Positions 30,443-40,368 of a stretch of 64,000 nucleotides of DNA are shown here, piece after piece. Source of the DNA: Thermodesulfobacteriota bacterium (lineage in GTDB: Bacteria; Desulfobacterota_D; UBA1144; Nemesobacterales; JAJCZQ01); NCBI GenBank assembly GCA_965215275.1, contig OZ244044.1, positions 1,760,001 to 1,824,000 of the forward strand. The letters run 5' to 3'. Position 1 is the first letter of the stretch. Each line of letters begins with the position of its first letter. The notes under the pieces were generated by a model, which worked only from the letters and a program-made list of their open reading frames with translations, did not search any database and was not told where the DNA came from. The position numbers were made by a program, and so were the translations under genes.

Positions 30443-31519
30443 CTATAGTTTACTTTTTTTTCTTATAAATGCAGGAATTTCAAATTCATCTTCCTCAAAA
30501 GCATCGGAAGGTATATCGGTAACTATATTTATGTTCCTTTCTTCGGTTTTACCTTTAATTCCAGTAGCTATTACAGTAATTTTTACTGAATCTTTTGCTT
30601 CTTCATCAAATACAAGACCGAATATAAGATTTACGTCGTTATGAGCTTTTTCCCTTACGTGTTCACAGGCACGGTTAAGTTCCTCTATTCCAAAGTCGGG
30701 TGAGGCGGTTACATTAAGAAGAATTCCCTTGGCACCGTCAATTGAGATATCTTCAAGTAACGGGCTTGTAATTGCCGATTCGGCTGCTTTCACTCCTCTG
30801 TCTGGACCATCACCATACCCTGTTCCCATTAGTGCTTTTCCACCATTTTCACTCATTATGCTCTTGACGTCGGCAAAATCAACGTTAATGAAACCCGTAC
30901 CGATAATGATATCTGATATTCCCCTTACTGCCTGGTAAAGAACTTCGTCAGCTTTCTGAAAAGCTTCTATAATGGTTGTTTTCTCCTGACTCGTGGACAG
31001 TCTGTTATTTGGGATAATGATCAAGGTGTCAACTTCTTTTTCAAGGTTATTGATCCCATCCAAAGCTTGCTTGCTGCGTCTGGGTCCCTCAAAACTAAAG
31101 GGTTTTGTTACAACACCTACCGTTAATGCTCCTAACTCTTTAGATGCTCTTGCAATTATTGGAGAAGACCCTGTTCCTGTACCTCCGCCCATGCCAGCCG
31201 TTATAAATACCATATCTGCACCGTCCAGGGATTCAGATATCTTTTCGACATCCTCCTCTGCAGCTGCAGCACCTATTAAAGGGTCGCTTCCAGAACCTAA
31301 ACCTTTTGTTTTCTTTTTACCTATCTGGATTTTGTTTGGAGCATTGGATTTTTTCAAGTCCTGGGTATCTGTGTTTACAGTTATAAACTCAACGCCACTG
31401 AGCTCTTTGGCGATCATGGTGTTTACTGCATTGCCCCCAGCTCCTCCAGTGCCGATCACCTTGATCTTTGCCTTCTTGTCTTTGTCTGATGCAGGAAACT
31501 CGATCTCAAAATTTGCCAT
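30443..31519 (-). CDS. ftsZ: Cell division protein FtsZ
   Basis: GGAGGNAVN, GMGGGTGTG, INVDFADV, C-terminal EIPAFIRK. Confidence 0.99.
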   Translation of the reverse strand: MANFEIEFPASDKDKKAKIKVIGTGGAGGNAVNTMIAKELSGVEFITVNTDTQDLKKSNAPNKIQIGKKKTKGLGSGSDPLIGAAAAEEDVEKISESLDGADMVFITAGMGGGTGTGSSPIIARASKELGALTVGVVTKPFSFEGPRRSKQALDGINNLEKEVDTLIIIPNNRLSTSQEKTTIIEAFQKADEVLYQAVRGISDIIIGTGFINVDFADVKSIMSENGGKALMGTGYGDGPDRGVKAAESAITSPLLEDISIDGAKGILLNVTASPDFGIEELNRACEHVREKAHNDVNLIFGLVFDEEAKDSVKITVIATGIKGKTEERNINIVTDIPSDAFEEDEFEIPAFIRKKSKL

Positions 31520-31545
31520 TTTTTACCCCTTTTCTTAAGTTTACA

Positions 31546-32775
31546 TTACAGGAACTCTTTAAACCAGTTTTTCATTATTTCAAATACCTGCTTGAACGTG
31601 TTCTCGTCCCTGATCCTGATCTTTTTATTGTCAGTATTTTTTGCACTGTACTGGACCAGACCTACTCCGGTAGAGTATATAGGACTGCTGATGATCTCCT
31701 GTAACCCTCCTATCTGTCTGGGAATACCTAGTCTCACTGGCATAGCAAGTATTTTTTCTGCAAGTTCCACCGTACCTTCCATACTTACCGAGCCTCCTGT
31801 TATGACCGCCCCTGCCGCTAAAAAGTCTATATCGCTGTTGTTTTCTATTTCTCTTTTAACAAGGTTAAATATCTCTTCCATTCTTGGTTCTATTATCATT
31901 GCCAGGTCGCTTTTTAAAATGTAACGCTCTCTTTTTCCAACTCCATCTATTTTTATCTGTTCATCGTTATCGATTAATTCCTGCATGGCGATCCCATGTT
32001 TTTCTTTCAGTTTTCTTGCTTCTGATAATGATACGGAAAGTCCCAGTGCTATATCTTTGTCCAGGTGGTCACCACCCAGGGTCAGGTTCTCTGTATATTT
32101 TATACTTCCTCCTGAAAAAACACCAAGATCGGTCGTTCCTCCTCCACAATCTATCATAATAACTCCGATCTCTTTTTCATCTTCTGTCAGCACTGCCTCG
32201 CTTGATGCGATCTGTTCCAGTATAACGTCAGATACGTCCATTCCAGCCAGATGTACGCATTTTATAAGGTTTTGGGCTGCAGTTACCTGTCCCGTGACTA
32301 TGTGGACCACGGTTTCCAGTTTTATACCGCACATACCTATTGGTTCTTTTATTTTTGGTTCGCCATCCACGATGTATTCCCTGGGTATTACGTGAATGAT
32401 CTCCCGATCGGCTGGTATAATAAGAGCATTGGCGGATTCTATTACTCTTTCCACGTCCCGTTCCGTAACCTCTCTGCTTCGCAGCGTTATCATTCCATGT
32501 CCCGTGATCCCCTTGATATGACCGCCTGCAATGCCAACGTTAACATTTTGAATTTCACACCCGGACATTCTCTCCGCAAGCTCAACGGCGAGTTTTATTG
32601 ACTCCACCGTTCTTTCAATATTTACCACTACTCCTCTTTTTAGTCCGTGCGAAGGCTTAGAACCTAATCCAATTATCTCTACTTTACCGTTAACCACTTC
32701 ACCAACGATGGCACATATCTTGGTTGTGCCAAGGTCGAGCCCCACTATTATGTCTTTTTTTTCTTTTGTGGCCAT
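31546..32775 (-). CDS. ftsA: Cell division protein FtsA
   Basis: GLDLGTTKI, IDCGGGTTD, C-terminal amphipathic helix. Confidence 0.98.
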   Translation of the reverse strand: MATKEKKDIIVGLDLGTTKICAIVGEVVNGKVEIIGLGSKPSHGLKRGVVVNIERTVESIKLAVELAERMSGCEIQNVNVGIAGGHIKGITGHGMITLRSREVTERDVERVIESANALIIPADREIIHVIPREYIVDGEPKIKEPIGMCGIKLETVVHIVTGQVTAAQNLIKCVHLAGMDVSDVILEQIASSEAVLTEDEKEIGVIMIDCGGGTTDLGVFSGGSIKYTENLTLGGDHLDKDIALGLSVSLSEARKLKEKHGIAMQELIDNDEQIKIDGVGKRERYILKSDLAMIIEPRMEEIFNLVKREIENNSDIDFLAAGAVITGGSVSMEGTVELAEKILAMPVRLGIPRQIGGLQEIISSPIYSTGVGLVQYSAKNTDNKKIRIRDENTFKQVFEIMKNWFKEFL

Positions 32776-32781
32776 GATCTA

Positions 32782-33489
32782 TTAAGCGTTAAAATCGATA
32801 ATCCCTAATTCCTCCGAGCTTATGTTTATGTATTTTTCCATGAGGTTTTTACTTCTTGCCTTACTTATGATCTTTTCCACTCTGTACCATTTAATTGTAA
32901 GATTATCTGTTCCAAAGTCTATATATCTTCTGTCATTTGTTATCATTCTGATGCCCAGGCTGTTTGAGAGCCTTATTTCCGATATTTCTTTCCAGTTCAA
33001 TACATTACTCTGTTTAGACAGCTTTAAAAGTGCAATAGCGTCAAGTATAAGTGCATCATTGTGTTTTCCGTCCATGCTGATGACAGGAAAATCCATACTT
33101 TCTATTCTGCTGGTCTTTCCAAATATCTTTCCATCGTCGCTTATATAGGAATATTCAGTCTGATCTTTTGCAAAGATACAGAACGGCTTACGTTCCTGTA
33201 CCTTTATTACGACCCTTTTGGGGTACTCCTTGGAGATCGAGACATTTTTTATCCACGGGTTTTTTAATATTTCATTTTTAACACGTTCGCTGTAGAAAAA
33301 TATGTTACTTATTCCTTTCATAATACCTGACCTTTTAATTATTTCATTGTCAGACACTCGAACGTTTCCGTTTACAGTCACCTTTTCGACCATGAAATAC
33401 TCGTATTTGAATATCAGTATGTAAAAGGCGACAGATACTACTGCTATACTGGTAAGAATAAAGGTCCTTGCGGCTAAGGGTTTGTTCAT
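32782..33489 (-). CDS. ftsQ: Cell division protein FtsQ/DivIB
   Basis: N-terminal TM plus POTRA domain (VTVNGN...PWIKNVSISKEYP); position upstream of ftsA. Confidence 0.9.
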   Translation of the reverse strand: MNKPLAARTFILTSIAVVSVAFYILIFKYEYFMVEKVTVNGNVRVSDNEIIKRSGIMKGISNIFFYSERVKNEILKNPWIKNVSISKEYPKRVVIKVQERKPFCIFAKDQTEYSYISDDGKIFGKTSRIESMDFPVISMDGKHNDALILDAIALLKLSKQSNVLNWKEISEIRLSNSLGIRMITNDRRYIDFGTDNLTIKWYRVEKIISKARSKNLMEKYINISSEELGIIDFNA

Positions 33490-33492
33490 CTT

Positions 33493-34389
33493 TTACCTGT
33501 CTCCTAATATTTTTACTTCCGCCTCTAAGGTAATACCTTCTTCTTCATAGGCTTTTTCCTTCGCAAGTTTAATTAAACTTATCACGTCGTCTGCACTTGC
33601 CTTGTTGTGATTGACGATAAAGTTCGCATGAAGTTCGGAAAACTTTGCTCCTCCGATCTGATATCCCTTGAATCCGAGTTTTTCCAGAAGTTTTCCGGCG
33701 GCAATCGTATCCGGGTTTTTAAATATTGACCCGGTGTTTGGAAAGTTCACCGGCTGTGTCTGATTTCTGTAAGTGAGATATTCCTTGACGTTCTGCAGGC
33801 TTTTCTGTCTGTTTTCTCTTGTCAGTTTAAACAGTGCCTTTGTGATCACGCATCCTGGCGGGAGGTCCGTTCTTCTGTATTCAAAGTTTATTTCATCTCG
33901 TTTGAGCTGTGTTTCTTTACCGTTGTTCCAGATCCATACTTTATCAACGATGTCCTTGATCTCTTTACCGTTCGCCCCGGCGTTCATATATACTCCACCA
34001 CCGACCGTTCCTGGAATACCAGCTGCAAATTCAAAACCACCAAGTCCCATATTAAAGGTTTTGTTCATAATGGCCGACAGCATTGCTCCGCATTCGGCCA
34101 GAACGCGGTTATCCCTGGTTATGCTGAACTTTTTTAATTTTTTAGTGCTGATGACCATTCCTTCGATCCCGCTGTCTTTTATAATGGTGTTTGACCCGGC
34201 ACCGAGAACTGTGGTTTTAACGGATAACCTGTAAGTAACGTTAAGTATTTTTACGAGTTTTTCCACACTGTCGGGATAGACTATCAGATCAGCGTTACCG
34301 CCGACCTTCAGAGTGACGTATCTGCTCATTGGAAATCCCAGGTGAGTTTCGGGGTTATATTCCTTTATCTGACCCAGTAGTTCGCTCAT
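33493..34389 (-). CDS. murB: UDP-N-acetylmuramate dehydrogenase
   Basis: LGAGSN, GIPGTVGGGVYMNAGA, GSIFKNP, HANFIVN. Confidence 0.97.
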   Translation of the reverse strand: MSELLGQIKEYNPETHLGFPMSRYVTLKVGGNADLIVYPDSVEKLVKILNVTYRLSVKTTVLGAGSNTIIKDSGIEGMVISTKKLKKFSITRDNRVLAECGAMLSAIMNKTFNMGLGGFEFAAGIPGTVGGGVYMNAGANGKEIKDIVDKVWIWNNGKETQLKRDEINFEYRRTDLPPGCVITKALFKLTRENRQKSLQNVKEYLTYRNQTQPVNFPNTGSIFKNPDTIAAGKLLEKLGFKGYQIGGAKFSELHANFIVNHNKASADDVISLIKLAKEKAYEEEGITLEAEVKILGDR

Positions 34390-35753
34390 TGAAGTATTTT
34401 TAATAGTTCTTCTCCGTACATCCAGACGTTCCCTGCCCCGGCCGTTAAAATTATATCTCCAGGACTTACGCTGTTCTTTATTTTCTCAAACAGCTCTTCC
34501 CTGTCCCTTACGTAGCAGGCACCGCTGTTCCCTGCTCTTACTATTTCTTCCACTAATTTTTTAGAGGTAACGCCGTTCAGCGGGTTCTCTCCCGCTGGAT
34601 ATATATCGAGCACGTAAAGTTTTTCCACCTTTCCCAGGACTTTGACGAACTCCTGAAAGAGCATGTCCGTTCGCGTGAAGCGGTGAGGTTGAAATATCAG
34701 CATGGGTTTTCTGGAAAAGGAATCTTCAATTGATTCAAGTGTAGCCTGGATCTCTGTGGGGTGGTGTCCGTAGTCATCAATGACCAGTACGTCGTTTGCC
34801 TTTCCCTTTAGCTGTAACCTTCTGTCTATTCCCGTGAAGCTGTTCAATCCTTCTGCAATGTCATTGAAGTTCATTTCAAATTCAAGACCAATGGCAATTG
34901 CGCTCAGTGCGTTAAGTGCGTTATGCTTACCCGGGATCGAAAGTTCTATCGTTCCAAGTTTATCACCTTTGTAAAAAGCATTGAACTTGGTATTAAAGCC
35001 ATCGATTTTTACGTCTTCCGGATAAAAATCCGTTTTTTTATCAAATCCGTATGTAACGAACCTTTTCTTACATTCAGAAGCGATATAGCTGACCCTGGGG
35101 CAGTCCGTACAGAGTACCGCCAGTCCGTAAAAGGGTATTTTATCTATAAAACCTGCAAATGAGTCGACCAGGTTTTCTATATCTCCGTAGTGATCAAGAT
35201 GTTCCTTGTCAACGTTGGTAAGAACCGTAATGATCGGAGATAACCTCTGAAATGATCCATCGCTTTCGTCAGCTTCAACCACCATAAGGTTATTTTTCCC
35301 CAGATGGGCATTTGATCCAAGGTTTTTTATTTTACCCCCGACTACAATGGTCGGGTCGAAATTACCATACCTCAGGACCGTCGATATGAGAGAGGTCGAG
35401 GTCGTTTTCCCGTGGCTGCCTGTTATGGCTATCCCGTATTTTAATCTCATGGTCTCGGCAAGCATTTCTGCTCTCTGTACTACGGGAATATTGTTCTTTT
35501 TAGCCTCCATGATCTCCGGATTGTCCATTCCTACCGCTGAAGATATCACCACGGCGTCACTTCCTGAGATATTATCAGGGCAGTGACCTATACTTACCTT
35601 TATCCCCAGGCTTTCCAGTCTCTGCGTGGTGCCTGAACTCTTTATATCCGATCCGGATATCTCATAGTTCATGTTGTTAAGCACTTCGGCTATACCGCTC
35701 ATTCCAATTCCACCGATCCCAACAAAATGCAGTTTTTTTATCTTTCCATACAT
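34386..35753 (-). CDS. murC: UDP-N-acetylmuramate--L-alanine ligase
   Basis: GIGGIGMSG, GSHGKTTS, EADESDGSF, DDYGHHPTE. Confidence 0.98.
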   Translation of the reverse strand: MYGKIKKLHFVGIGGIGMSGIAEVLNNMNYEISGSDIKSSGTTQRLESLGIKVSIGHCPDNISGSDAVVISSAVGMDNPEIMEAKKNNIPVVQRAEMLAETMRLKYGIAITGSHGKTTSTSLISTVLRYGNFDPTIVVGGKIKNLGSNAHLGKNNLMVVEADESDGSFQRLSPIITVLTNVDKEHLDHYGDIENLVDSFAGFIDKIPFYGLAVLCTDCPRVSYIASECKKRFVTYGFDKKTDFYPEDVKIDGFNTKFNAFYKGDKLGTIELSIPGKHNALNALSAIAIGLEFEMNFNDIAEGLNSFTGIDRRLQLKGKANDVLVIDDYGHHPTEIQATLESIEDSFSRKPMLIFQPHRFTRTDMLFQEFVKVLGKVEKLYVLDIYPAGENPLNGVTSKKLVEEIVRAGNSGACYVRDREELFEKIKNSVSPGDIILTAGAGNVWMYGEELLKILQ

Positions 35754-36829
35754 TATCGTTCACTCGTTAGAGAGCAGAGCTGTTCAACGATCAGGTCCGC
35801 AGCGTCGGGTTTTGCAAGTTTTAAGGAGATCTCTGACATTTGATCAAGTTTTTGAGTGTTAAGTATACAGTTTATCCTGTTTGATAGACCGATTTCATCA
35901 AGAACGTTTTCTTCAATAACGAAAGAAGCTCCTGCCTTTTCCATGAATCTGGCGTTGAGCAGTTGATGGTCATGTGCGGCATGAGGCAGAGGGATAAGAA
36001 TGGAAGCCTTGCCCGTTGCAGTGATCTCCGATATGGTACCCGCGCCGGCCCTTGATATTATCAGGTCGCTTTTTCTGTAAAGTTCTGCAATGTCGTTCCT
36101 GAAGCTGAACACGTTCGAGTTTAGTTTAAGTTCATTATAGGTACTTCTGACCATGTCTTCGTTCTTTTTTCCCGTCTGGTGGAATATCTCTAATTTTCCG
36201 ACTGTCACCTTTGCTAAAGCTCTGGGTACGACCCTGTTGAGAGCGGCGGCACCCTGGCTGCCACCTATAACAAGTATGGTTTTCTGTCCGTCCGTTTCAG
36301 GTTTATGTTCATTGCTTTTCTGTCTGAACTCAGGTCGCAGCGGATTTCCCGTAAGAACGCTTTTTTTTTGAGAGAAATATTTTGCACTGCCGGCAAAAGT
36401 TAAAAATATTTTATCTGAAAATCTGGATAAAAGGCGATTCGTCAGTCCTGGTACCATATTCTGCTCACAGATGGCAGTTGGAATGGACCTTAAACGCGCG
36501 CAAAGCACCGTGGGACCAGACGCGTATCCCCCGACCCCAAGAACGACTTCCGGGTTAAAGGACCTGATGATCCTGGATGCTGTAAAAATGCCGTCCAGCG
36601 CGGATATAACGGCCCTGATTTTCTCGCCGGTTCCTTTACCGACAAATCCCCTTGAGTTTATAAACTCAATATCAAAACCCATTTTTGGTATTATATCTTT
36701 TTCCAGTCCGTTTTGTGTTCCTACGAAAAGTATCCTGTTATCTTCAGACCTGTTTTTGATCTCTTTGGCTATTGCCAGAGCTGAAAATATATGTCCACCT
36801 GTTCCTCCACCGGCAATTATTATTTTCAT
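35753..36829 (-). CDS. murG: Lipid II GlcNAc transferase
   Basis: GGGTGGH, GGSQGA, SRAGAGT, HQLLNA. Confidence 0.97.
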   Translation of the reverse strand: MKIIIAGGGTGGHIFSALAIAKEIKNRSEDNRILFVGTQNGLEKDIIPKMGFDIEFINSRGFVGKGTGEKIRAVISALDGIFTASRIIRSFNPEVVLGVGGYASGPTVLCARLRSIPTAICEQNMVPGLTNRLLSRFSDKIFLTFAGSAKYFSQKKSVLTGNPLRPEFRQKSNEHKPETDGQKTILVIGGSQGAAALNRVVPRALAKVTVGKLEIFHQTGKKNEDMVRSTYNELKLNSNVFSFRNDIAELYRKSDLIISRAGAGTISEITATGKASILIPLPHAAHDHQLLNARFMEKAGASFVIEENVLDEIGLSNRINCILNTQKLDQMSEISLKLAKPDAADLIVEQLCSLTSER

Positions 36830-37968
36830 CTTTTTTTTGCCTTTGATACATTAAGTATTATTCCCATTGCCGTCAGGCTGCATATAAGTGAACTTCCACC
36901 ATAGCTTATAAAAGGCAGTGTGATCCCCTTTGTCGGGATCAGTCCGACTGCCACTGCCATATTTGTCACTGCCTGGATCGCAATGAGAAATGCAAAGCCG
37001 CACACGAGGTAGCGTCCAAAAGGGTCCGGAGCTTTCATGGCGATCTTTATACTTCTGTAAAAAATAAACAAAAAAACCATAATTACGCAAGCTACGGCTA
37101 TAAAGCCCAGTTCTTCCCCTATTATTGAAAATATAAAGTCCGTGTAGGCATGGGGTAAAAAGAACAGTTTCTGGGTACTGTTCCCCAGTCCTGTGCCGGA
37201 GATCCCTCCTACTCCAAAGGCAATAAAGGACTGTACCGTCTGGTACCCGGTCCCGAGCGGGTCTTTCCATGGATCTAAGAACGACAGCAATCTCTCCATC
37301 CTGTAGGTCTTTGTCATTATTGCAAAGGTGGAAAAGATCGCCACGATAAAAGGCATGGTAAGGATATACTGTATTCTCACGTTACCTATGAACATCATTA
37401 TAATACAGATTATAAGTATGATCGCTGAAGTGCCAAAGTCCGGCTGCAGGAATATAAGGGTTATGAATATCCCGGCCATGACAACGTGGGAGAGGAATCC
37501 AACGGAGAAACTCTTTATTTTATCCTTTTTTTTGTCAAGCGAGTGGGCGAGGTAAAGCAGAACCACGAATTTAGCCAGCTCGGCGGGCTGAAAGGTGAAC
37601 GTTCCCAGTTCCAGCCATCTTTGAGCGCCGCCAACTTTCTTTCCCATGCCCGGTATTAACACGGCTATGAGAAGGATCAGGCAGATCATGTAAGCAGGAT
37701 AAACAAGATTTCTCAACAGCCTGTAATCCAGGTGCATGAAAACTATCATTGAAGACAGACCCAGCAGAAGATAGAGTGAATGCAGTTTGAGAAACCTTAA
37801 AGGGTCGTCGTAAACTTCAAGTGCGTAAACCGAACTTGTGCTGTAAACCATCAGTGCACCAAAGCATGATATGAAGACCACTAATATGAACAGAGGAAAA
37901 TCGTAGTTATTTTTTAAGGAGTTATATGCTTTTGACAATTTCTTTAAATATCCCTCCTCTTTGTTCAT
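36826..37968 (-). CDS. ftsW: Cell division protein FtsW (start approximate)
   Basis: GAQRWL, FQPAELAK, QPDFG, TDFIFSIIGEELG, PFISYGGSS. Confidence 0.95.
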   Translation of the reverse strand: MNKEEGYLKKLSKAYNSLKNNYDFPLFILVVFISCFGALMVYSTSSVYALEVYDDPLRFLKLHSLYLLLGLSSMIVFMHLDYRLLRNLVYPAYMICLILLIAVLIPGMGKKVGGAQRWLELGTFTFQPAELAKFVVLLYLAHSLDKKKDKIKSFSVGFLSHVVMAGIFITLIFLQPDFGTSAIILIICIIMMFIGNVRIQYILTMPFIVAIFSTFAIMTKTYRMERLLSFLDPWKDPLGTGYQTVQSFIAFGVGGISGTGLGNSTQKLFFLPHAYTDFIFSIIGEELGFIAVACVIMVFLFIFYRSIKIAMKAPDPFGRYLVCGFAFLIAIQAVTNMAVAVGLIPTKGITLPFISYGGSSLICSLTAMGIILNVSKAKKR

Positions 37969-39250
37969 AGGATTCGAACATATCAAAACTTGAACAGGCC
38001 GGAGAAAAAAGCAGAGTGACATTGCGGCATGGAACTGAAAAAGCGGTTTTGACCGCCTCGTTCAGATCGCTTACCATCGTTGTGCGGACATGGTCTCCTA
38101 CCTGCTGTTTTATTCTCGTTTTTGCTTCCCCAAAAAGTATCAGATGTTTTACCTTACTTCCTAAAGCGGACTTTAAAACGGAGTAATCCATCCCTTTGTC
38201 CTTACCTCCCGCAAGAAGTATGATGGGGGATGGAACGCTCTCAATGGCTTTAAGCGTGGCATCCGGGTTCGTGGATTTGGAATCATTGTATATATCAAGG
38301 CCCAGATGGTTCCCTATGTATTCGATCCTGTGAGGAAGCGGCCTGAAGCCCTTTATGGCGTCTTCGATCGCTTTGTTTTTACAGCCGAGCAGTTTTGCAG
38401 CGGTTATTGCACACATTGCATTTTGTAAATTATGAGCACCTCTTAGCATCAGGCCGTTCAGATCGAATTTATCATCTCTGAAAGAGATGAGATTATTTCC
38501 AGTAATTGCCAGTTCATTATTTTTTCCCTTTCCAAAAGGAACGACCGTGGACCTGATGTCTGGCAGGTGATCTCTGACCCGTTCGTGATCCGTGTTTACG
38601 ATCGCCCAGTCGTCTTCGGTCTGATTTTTAAAAATATTCATCTTTGAGCTGAAATACTCGTTAAAATCCCTGTGATGGTCCAGATGGTTGGAAGATATAT
38701 TAAGAAAGATGGCAATATGGGGCCTGAACCTGTCGATCGTCTGCAGTTGAAAGCTGCTCGTTTCCAGCAGGATAAGATCGTAGTCCGATGAACGATGGGC
38801 GATCGATATTGCGGGTGTTCCTATGTTCCCACCGACAAAGACCCTGTATCCGGAACTGGAGAGTATTTCACCTGTTAAGCTGGTCGTGGTCGTTTTTCCG
38901 TTTGTCCCGGTGACCGCAATAATGGGTTTTTCTATAAACTGATAGGCGAGTTCTATCTCACTGATCGTTTTTTTGCCCAGGTCCAGGGCTTTCCGTATAA
39001 ATGGAGTATTGGGACTGACCCCAGGGCTGATCACTATCTCGTCACACCACTTTAAGTAACTTTCCGAGTGTCTGCCGAACTCGATCTGCACTCCTGAACT
39101 GCACAGCCCGTTTATTTCAGCTGGCAGGTTATCGGCAGAGGACAGGTCAGAACCCCTTACTTCTATATTTTTACCCTTTAAAAACCTTATAGTTTCAATT
39201 CCGGTCTTTTTCAGTCCTATGACCAGATATTTTTTTGCGTTCCCGCTCAT
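37922..39250 (-). CDS. murD: UDP-MurNAc-L-Ala--D-glutamate ligase
   Basis: GTNGKTTT, GGNIG, ETSSFQL, NDSKSTN, SPACSSFDMF. Confidence 0.97.
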   Translation of the reverse strand: MSGNAKKYLVIGLKKTGIETIRFLKGKNIEVRGSDLSSADNLPAEINGLCSSGVQIEFGRHSESYLKWCDEIVISPGVSPNTPFIRKALDLGKKTISEIELAYQFIEKPIIAVTGTNGKTTTTSLTGEILSSSGYRVFVGGNIGTPAISIAHRSSDYDLILLETSSFQLQTIDRFRPHIAIFLNISSNHLDHHRDFNEYFSSKMNIFKNQTEDDWAIVNTDHERVRDHLPDIRSTVVPFGKGKNNELAITGNNLISFRDDKFDLNGLMLRGAHNLQNAMCAITAAKLLGCKNKAIEDAIKGFRPLPHRIEYIGNHLGLDIYNDSKSTNPDATLKAIESVPSPIILLAGGKDKGMDYSVLKSALGSKVKHLILFGEAKTRIKQQVGDHVRTTMVSDLNEAVKTAFSVPCRNVTLLFSPACSSFDMFESYEQRGGIFKEIVKSI

Positions 39251-39251
39251 T

Positions 39252-40364
39252 TTACCTTAGTTTCAGGGTGGCCAGTGCCATAAGGGCAAACACTATTGAT
39301 ATTATCCAGAACCGTATTACGACTTTGGACTCTGACCATCCGCTTAGTTCAAAATGATGGTGCAGGGGGGCCATTTTCAAGATCCTTTTTCCCGTTAATT
39401 TAAATGACGTCATCTGCAGGATCACTGAAAGTGCCTCTATAACGAAAAGTCCACCTACGATCACCAGAAGCAGTTCCTGCTTGATTACTATTGCTGAAAA
39501 CCCTATGACTGCTCCCAGCGTCATAGAACCTACGTCTCCCATAAAGACCTGGGCCGGATGAGAGTTGTACCAGAGGAACCCTAGACACGCCCCGCCTATT
39601 GCAGATAGAAAAACTGCCAGTTCTCCGCCCACGGGTATATAGGGTATCTGCAGGTAGCTTGAAAATTCAGAGTTCCCGGCAATGTAGGCCAGGATAATGT
39701 AGGTCGATATCGCAACTGCGATTGAACCTATGGCCAGTCCATCGAGTCCGTCGGTGAAATTGACGGCGTTCGATGTACCGATTATGACAAGGAGTGCAAA
39801 TGGGATATAAAAGATCCCCAGTTTTATAACGGCTTTTTTAAAAAATGGAAAGACCACTGACGTATGTTCATAGAAGGTATTCTCGTTAACTCCATAGGAC
39901 ATGGTGAACACCCCTTCCTGCACGGAAAGTAAAAGAACTATGAACATGGAACCGACTATCATCTGGAGCAGGAGCTTGACCCTTGCTCTCATGCCGTTGT
40001 TACTGGTGAGCTTGAACCAGTCGTCCAGAAATCCGATAAGCGAGAAGCCGATCATGGAAACAAGCATCACGATCATTATCATGTTGCTTATATTTACCCA
40101 TAAGAGAGTTGAAATTATAATTGCAAGGACGATGAAGGTACCTCCCATCGTGGGGGTTCCTGATTTGGCTTTGTGGGAAGATGGTCCGTCTTCTCTGATA
40201 CTTTCCCTGACCTGCCTTGCCTGCAGGAAATTTATGAACTTCTGTCCGAGGAATATGCAGATAAGGAACGCGGTAACCCCTGCTCCGAACGAACGAAAAG
40301 TGATGTATTTGAACACGTTGAATAAAATAAAATGTTCTTTCAGATAAAATAAAAAATAGAGCAT
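39252..40364 (-). CDS. mraY: Phospho-N-acetylmuramoyl-pentapeptide transferase
   Basis: GTPTMGG, NAVNFTDGLDGLA, FMGDVGS, APLHHHFE. Confidence 0.98.
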   Translation of the reverse strand: MLYFLFYLKEHFILFNVFKYITFRSFGAGVTAFLICIFLGQKFINFLQARQVRESIREDGPSSHKAKSGTPTMGGTFIVLAIIISTLLWVNISNMIMIVMLVSMIGFSLIGFLDDWFKLTSNNGMRARVKLLLQMIVGSMFIVLLLSVQEGVFTMSYGVNENTFYEHTSVVFPFFKKAVIKLGIFYIPFALLVIIGTSNAVNFTDGLDGLAIGSIAVAISTYIILAYIAGNSEFSSYLQIPYIPVGGELAVFLSAIGGACLGFLWYNSHPAQVFMGDVGSMTLGAVIGFSAIVIKQELLLVIVGGLFVIEALSVILQMTSFKLTGKRILKMAPLHHHFELSGWSESKVVIRFWIISIVFALMALATLKLR

Positions 40365-40368
40365 TGTA

